Source: Octopus vulgaris
Taxonomy: Eukaryota
Assembly (NCBI GenBank): GCA_951406725.2
Contig: OX597822.1
Span: forward strand, 32,984,001-33,048,000
Direction of reading: 5' to 3'
Length of the DNA: 64,000 bases
The notes under the pieces were generated by a model. It had not been told where the DNA came from. It was given only the letters and a program-made list of their open reading frames with translations, and ran no database searches. Of this stretch, positions 57,249 to 64,000 are shown piece after piece; the first letter of the stretch is position 1; each line of letters starts with the position of its first letter. Both the position numbers and the translations under genes were made by a program.

Positions 57249-57756
57249 AGAAAGAGTGAAAGGTATATGAATATTTGGTATAGGTTTTTAATGAATAAAA
57301 TGTGGGTCATACAATATATGGGGGATAATAGAATTACATATGAATAACTACGTAGTGTAAGATAATTAAAATAGAGAGTATTATAGAATAGAAATCATAT
57401 ATATATAAGTAGTAGAGAGGGGTATTATTCAAAAAACTTAAACTCTAATCTATGCTATTACATGCTTAGGGTGTGGTAATAATTATATTGACCAAACAGG
57501 AAGATCACTCCGTAGAAGAAGCACTCTCCACAAAGAACAAATCTGCTACACACAATACAGACAGGTACAGGTCAGTGAACACATAGGTGTGCTAGGAATC
57601 TTAATCCTAATATCCTAATTTCCCCTTCTATTAATGTTCACAGAACACCTCAGTACAACAAAGAATGAATAAAGAGGCAACTTTCGTCAATAAATATCTT
57701 CCACAACCCAATATCAACACATAACATAATACAGAACACTACTAACTTGCAGCTAA

Positions 57757-57993
57757 TACCTATTTCTTTATTACCCACAAGGGGCTAAACACAGAGGGAA
57801 CAAACAAGGACAGACATAGGTATTAAGTCGATTACATCGACCCCCAGTTGGTAACTGGTACTTAATTTATCGACCCCGAAAGGATGAAAGGCAAAGTCGA
57901 CCTCGGCGGAATTTGAACTCACAACGTAACGCAGACGAAATACCGCTAAGCATTTCGCCCGGCGTGCTAACGTTTCTGCCAGCTCGCCGCCTT
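57757..57993 (-). mobile_element. SINE family A (young, near-consensus) nested in the PLE
   Basis: Near-perfect reverse complement of the family A unit. Confidence 0.92.
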
Positions 57994-58402
57994 AACTAAT
58001 ACCTTGCAACTAATACCACTAACCCACTTACATCCCATACACCAGTCACATTACAGATAGATATCTACCCTAATTGCACCAAATCTAGAAATACTCACCT
58101 CCCTTACAAATAATCTCTTTACTCTGGGACTATTACACCTGACACCGTACAGTAATTATTGAGCATTCAAAGCAATGATTAGTAATTTTGCAAAACCGGT
58201 ATACTTTTAAATCTCTTTAACAATTCCCAATAATGACTTTTATTACTTTTATTCCTACCTCAGTTCATCTAATTGTAGATATCTATCGTTATTTTTCATT
58301 AAAAGCCTTTACTTTTTTGATTTCCAATGAGCATTTTCACTTATTTTTCTTCTTACTTCCCCCTTACATTTCCACGTGTAGTTTCTATTTCGTTTTTGTA
58401 AC

Positions 58403-58486
<84 letters not shown>

Positions 58487-58654
58487 ATTAGTGACGGTGT
58501 ATTATTTTTATTTTGGCTTTAAATTGCCTTTAGCCACCTTAATTATTTTACAATTTTCACGTTGCCATTTTGGGGAATCAGCCTCTTATTTCTATGGTAT
58601 CTTCTATAATACTGACAGGTAAAAATTCAGTTTCACTACATGTTATGGAGTAAG

Positions 58655-58705
58655 TACTACTGATGAGTATTAATTTCTATATGAAATTCGCATGTTAATC
58701 TAATG
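58655..58705 (+). ncRNA. Type-I hammerhead motif (weakened) downstream of the PLE GIY-YIG
   Basis: TACTA-CTGATGA-GTAT/taatttct/ATAT-GAAA-TT(cgcatgtt)AA-TC-TAATG; AUC site. Confidence 0.6.
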
Positions 58706-58894
58706 AACTTAGCTTGTGGTGGGGAGGTTTTTCTCTCTTGGCATTTCAAACAGGACATGTACTTTCTGTAGCTAAACAGCCTATGGCTCTTGTTTCTATT
58801 AATGCAGGTGCTCCCTGCACGCTTGGTCACTTTTAGTGATAGTTAATTATTTCCTTTTTGATTTTACATTCCGTTTGGTCACCTTAATTATTTT

Positions 58895-58992
<98 letters not shown>

Positions 58993-59303
58993 GGGGTTTG
59001 TACGATTTCTAAAAATAGCCAAACAACTACTATTGCTGCCAACAAGAATATATATAAAGGACAATAGACAGCCAGTCAACCACAGCTGAAACACTCCTGT
59101 CACAATCTGGGACCTTGAAGACTGCTATAATGCAAGAAAGTATTCTAGTCCCTTAATATTTTATATTCAATATTTCATCTATTCAATAAGTCAATCAATG
59201 CTTCATTCCATCTTACTATATATACTATTTATACTATGTATTCTATATTCTACCTTAATATTATAAAGAATATAAATAAAACATAAATGTTGGAATTCCT
59301 TTG

Positions 59304-59354
<51 letters not shown>

Positions 59355-59361
59355 TTAGAGA

Positions 59362-59422
<61 letters not shown>

Positions 59423-59465
59423 GTATGTATGCTTATGCTTGTGTGTGTGTGTGTGCGTGTGTGTA

Positions 59466-59968
59466 CAGGGTGCGTAAAGTATTTGAGGATGTACCTTCTG
59501 GGGTTCGTTGCTGCATTTTTGCTAACTGTATAATCTTTGTTTCAGAAATTAATGGTAGTCCCTCAGCTTACTGAAGAAATGAAGAGGCACGCGGTTATTG
59601 TGTTTATAAAAGCTGAGTATAGCTATTTAGAAATATCTCGATTTTTAACAGTTGCCCAGATCTTTCGTCTACAAATTTTGTAGGAAGCTAGAGAATGAAG
59701 AGGGAAACGTATCACCAGTATCAAAGCGAAAAAGCATTCTAAACTCTCTGAAATTATCAGAACACCTGAAAATTATCCAGCAAATTCAACAGACTATTGA
59801 TTACGATCCCAGAAAGTCTATGGGTTCAATTGCAAAAGATCTCCATGTGTCAAACGAAATAGAAATGCTGTCCACGAAGACAACAGATATAAGTCTTATA
59901 TGACAAGGAAAGGTCAATTTGTCAGAAATAGCAAAAGAAAATCCCTACACCAGAACTAAAAGGTTCTT
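59466..59968 (+). mobile_element. Tc1/mariner-superfamily transposon 5' remnant with transposase N-terminus
   Basis: TA-CAGGGTG terminus; MVVPQLTEEMKRHAVIVFIKAEYSYLEISRFLTVA/RSFVYK...DPRKSMGSIAKDLHVS (paired-like HTH); frameshifted. Confidence 0.75.
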
Positions 59969-60134
59969 ACGGGCTTAAATTGGTGGACTGCTGCAATATC
60001 TATGAATCTGTGATGGGAATATATTGAATAAAATCATAATTAGCTGATCTTCCAGGATTTTCCTTTATGCAAACCAGGTACTTTTCAATATATCCTAATA
60101 TATATAATGTATATATTGTATATAATATACTCCC

Positions 60135-60172
<38 letters not shown>

Positions 60173-60173
<1 letters not shown>

Positions 60174-60383
60174 TTTATTTAAAAGCAGCAGAAATTTAAC
60201 AAAAGCTGTTACTCGGAGTTTCACGCTCCCGTTTATCGGACAGTTTTTAACGAACGGTAACAAGAACTCCGAGTAACAGCTTTTGTTAAATTTCTGCTGC
60301 TTTTAAATAAAGCATATTACTCTACCTCTGGTATTTGAGTACTCTTTTTTCCACCTTGTTTCACATTTATGTATTTACTCCGG
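60173..60383. mobile_element. Foldback element in (TA)n: perfect 48-bp arms (60173-60220, 60265-60312) plus tail; hammerhead motif on minus strand (60206-60243)
   Basis: Arms are exact reverse complements. Minus strand CTGT-CCGATAA-ACG/ggag/CGT-GAAA-CTC c GAG-TA-ACAG. Confidence 0.85.
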
Positions 60384-61618
60384 TATATATATAGTGAACG
60401 GATCTGTGTTTTCTAAACATGTATATAGTTAAGGAATCTCAATTTGTGGAGGCGTTTTCTAAGCATATAAATGTGTGCATATGTCTGTGTGAGGGTGGCG
60501 ATAAATTCCTGTACATGCATATAGCGTAGATTCCGTTTTTTTAATACATAGTATGTATATTGTGTCGATACTAGCTTTGAATAATTCAATATAAATGTGT
60601 TATTATGTTATTAACTTTAATGAAAAATAAATTCCTAGGAAATTATCTCCGTGAGAAATTGAGTGAAGTAAATCTTAAATGTCAGAACTTTTCGTGACAT
60701 TAAGAATTGACGCTTGCATAGCGAAGTATTGTGTGTGTTTATTGCTTAGATCAATTTATCAAAATCACCAAATAAACATATATACATAATTTTTTAAAAC
60801 ATAGCTGTTAAGAAATTTATGGAAGACAAACATAACTGCAGCCACCACAAATAAATTCTTTCCTATCATATGTGTATTTGAGTTATTTGGTTATCTTTAT
60901 TATTATTATTATTATTATTTGTCTTGTTTTGTTTTTGGCTTTGCTATATATTTTAATTGGATTTCTTTACATTTAATTTTAGTGAGTCGTATTTATTACA
61001 TGCGAATCTTATTAACTAATAAGTTGTTTTGTTTAATGTTGGCTGATACATTATTTTCCATTTAATATTTTACTGAGAAGCAGAAAATTTAATGGAGTGG
61101 CTAATAACGTGGTGTTCACCATTTTGTATTCTGACATTGATAATAATAATATTATTATAAAAAATGTTAATGATAATGATGATGATGATGATGATGATGA
61201 ATAAATAAATGAATAAATTGAACATTGATTAGAATGACTTGTATTATCCACAAACATGTTTTTGGTAACCTCCTGAGATGCATCATTCCATGTAATCTTC
61301 AGCGGGTAAGTTACTAATAGCTCATCTACTGCATTAGGCGTGATGCAGTCGATATTTCTATACAACGGCTTTTTGCTTCATTTTTTAAAAATTCCTATCC
61401 CTTACACATTCTATAATAAACCCATAATAAAGTTAAAGTTTTCCTGCAGCGAAAGGTATCTCTTTGCAAACCTGGAAACGCAACCATATTGGAATTTCCC
61501 TTTTAATCAATAACCTATTCAACGTGATATTCATGGGATTCGAGAAAAGATTTAGATAGCTAACGAAGTAGTGTAATGTATATTCATATCTGCGTGTGCA
61601 TCTGTGAGTATGTATGTG

Positions 61619-61663
<45 letters not shown>

Positions 61664-62407
61664 GCGCGGAGTAGACGAAACAGAGGCGGCTGAAGAAGGG
61701 GAATTTTCCTTGTGTTGTATGTCTTGTACTTTGTTTTTTCTTTGTTTAAAAAAATGTCCGTTTCCTTGGTTTTGTTTTTATGTTTTTGTTTCTCATTGTA
61801 TTCGACGATTTTTTTTGTCCTGTACCCATATATGCATGTATATATGCATATAGGTACGTACATATATGTATGTATATATACATATGTTTTATTTATTATT
61901 TTGTTATTATATGATGGAACACCACGCATCCACTTCCAAGTAAGTTTTATATATGTATATATGAAACTAAGATCCAAAGATCAACGTGTAGGAAATTAGT
62001 AAGCAACAAGTAATTCGTAGAAGATATAAAAGACAACTTTCAGGAACAATTCTGGTTTATTGACGCATTTAGATCAAATTCTCTGTTAGTTAACAAGGAA
62101 TTCCTAACGGCAATGTAAACTTCATGTAATCAAGATATCCTTTGGGCCTGAACTGTTGCCTGTGGTATAACCCACGTTTCGATAATTACTACGTCTGATG
62201 TGCCGCTCTGTATGAAACACATGTAGCCCGGATTTTATCTACTACATTCCTGAATTATGGCCTATATATATATATATATATATAAATTAATTTACGAAGG
62301 TGTCATTAATTCTATTATTATCCAATGTAACTATTTTAAAAATGATAATAACAGAATCAATGACACAGGCGATAGCAGGCCAAAAAATAGCATTAAATAG
62401 CCGAGGG

Positions 62408-62667
62408 ATTAAAATTAATCAAGGGACATACTAAGTATGTCTACCTGCTAGGAATAACAGTGAAAACTCTTTTCAAATCGCCAAAAGAATACACTGATGA
62501 AAACTACAGAAATCAAACGAAGGCAAAATCAGGTTAAGAAGATCTACTAACATACATCTAAGTATAAGGACTCACGCGGACCGGTTTCTTTTGGCGATTT
62601 AATAAGAGTTTTTACTGCTATTTCTAGTATGTAGACATACTTAGTATGTCCTTTGATTAATTTTAAT
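62408..62667. mobile_element. Foldback element, ~80-bp inverted arms (62408-62489, 62586-62667)
   Basis: attaaaattaatcaagggacatactaagtatgtctac...aaatcgccaaaagaa pairs with ttcttttggcgattt...gtagacatacttagtatgtcctttgattaattttaat. Confidence 0.85.
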
Positions 62668-62994
62668 ATATATATATATATATATATATCTGTGTGTATG
62701 CATGTATGTGTGTATGTTTGTGTCTCGCCATGTTGGACTGTTTAACTCTACAGATTTTCCTCTCTGTTTTTTTTTTTTATTTCCTCTCCATTTTTGTCCT
62801 CTTAATCCTTTCTTTTCAAGACCGTACGTTCTCAACGTAAAATACTTTTCCATTCTTCTCGAGCGTTAAATTAATACAACTGCTTGTTGTTCCTATACTT
62901 GACTTGGTCTTCTTTTCTGAAAATTTGACCGCGTGCATATCGTTGGCGATTTTTTTCCACCGCCTTCCATTCCTTGGATCTTTCCTTATTCTGT

Positions 62995-63029
62995 GTTTCT
63001 GACGAAGAGCTCCGCTCGAAACGTTAAAT
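62995..63029 (+). ncRNA. Intact minimal type-I hammerhead ribozyme in a PLE-like repeat (~62720-63070)
   Basis: GTTT-CTGACGA-A-GAGC/tcc/GCTC-GAAA-CG-TT-AAAT; palindromic AACGTT; GUU site (predicted cut after 63025). Confidence 0.8.
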
Positions 63030-63067
63030 CCTCCTTCTTTCTTTCCTTCCTGAGCGTTCAGTAACAC

Positions 63068-63130
<63 letters not shown>

Positions 63131-63141
63131 TATATAGAAGG

Positions 63142-63192
63142 AGCTTCTACAGGACTAGTACTGTTTCATTCAAGAGAAATCTTCAGGAAGCT
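63142..63192 (-). ncRNA. Degenerate hammerhead-like motif
   Basis: AGCTTC-CTGAAGA-T-TTC/tctt/GAA-T-GAAA-CAGTACTAG-TC-ctgta-GAAGCT; the stem I junction is imperfect. Confidence 0.5.
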
Positions 63193-63300
63193 ATTTAACA
63201 AGAATTGTATTAGCATTTATACATTTAGAGGAGTGGTGGTGGGGGACTTTTTGGGGGTAGGCATAGCGCAAAATATCATACTTGGGGGAGTGGTCAAGGT

Positions 63301-63523
63301 AATAAAAAAATAAAAAAATAAAAAATAAAAAAAAATAAAAGGATAAAATAAAAGAATAAAAATAAAAATAAAAATAAAAAATATAAAAAATATAAAAAAT
63401 ATATAAAATATATAAAAAATATAAAAAATATATAAAAAAAATATAAAAAATATATATAAAAAAATAATATATAAAAAAAAATATATATATAAAATATATA
63501 TATAAAATATATATATAAAAAAA
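63301..63523. repeat. A/T low-complexity minisatellite (aaaaatata-like units)
   Basis: Directly visible. Confidence 0.9.
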
Positions 63524-63621
63524 GGGGGGATAGAGTTATAGGTAAATAAGGAGATTCTCACTTATACCTATACACACATGTATACGTATCTACACACACA
63601 TACGCACATACACATATATCT

Positions 63622-63676
<55 letters not shown>

Positions 63677-64000
63677 CCTACACATACACACATACATACA
63701 TACAAATATACATATACATATATATCTATACAATCCAATACAGGCCCATTCCCTAATTTTAATTTTATTATCTTCATTTATTACTTTTGTTATCTTTGAT
63801 CGCTAGGGCTAAGAATCCTGGCAATAGCTGCTTGTCCGTTTGTCTGTCTACTAGAAGGCAAGTACTCATTCCCGCACGCACACTCATTAGCACGTACATT
63901 CACCCATTCGTACACTCATACACATACACGTACGCACGCGTTATATTCATACATACAAACATCTACATACGTTCACGTATATACACATACGTACTCGTAC

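Larger units (their letters stand above)
57435..58885 (+). mobile_element. Penelope-like element 3' part: GIY-YIG remnant, 3' region and hammerhead motif
   Basis: LIYAITCLGCGNNYIDQTGRSLRRRSTLHKEQI...VSEHI...RMNKEATFVNKYLPQPN (57445-57715); interrupted by a SINE and microsatellites; 3' boundary inferred. Confidence 0.8.

Noticed and set aside
60173-60312. Long hairpin as a pre-miRNA
   Set aside because: Perfect arms, a 44-nt loop, (TA)n flanks and an embedded HHR favour a mobile-element foldback.
61661-61715. gacgaaac and ctgaagaagg hammerhead half-motifs
   Set aside because: Order and pairing do not give a three-way junction or an NUH site.

Overview
AT-rich, microsatellite-dense eukaryotic genomic DNA. 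The SINE families and repeat landscape suggest an octopus or other coleoid cephalopod (inference). No intact host protein-coding gene can be supported, and nearly all listed ORFs are microsatellite artefacts. The window is dominated by decayed mobile elements: R4/Dong-type LINEs in (TAA)n, three Penelope-like (PLE) RT or GIY-YIG remnants, CR1- and RTE-type LINE fragments, a Gypsy RT fragment and an LTR with primer-binding site, a Tc1/mariner remnant, a TA-flanked MITE, a Helitron-like element and many tRNA-derived SINEs. The most interesting signal is RNA-level: about ten minimal type-I hammerhead ribozyme (HHR) motifs from several unrelated short repeat families, some in foldback elements carrying a motif on each strand. 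One family has a natural G3:C8 swap of the conserved C3:G8 core pair. Weak splice and promoter signals at about 690-5930 hint at a small minus-strand gene. All translations and pairings were read by eye and TE boundaries are approximate.
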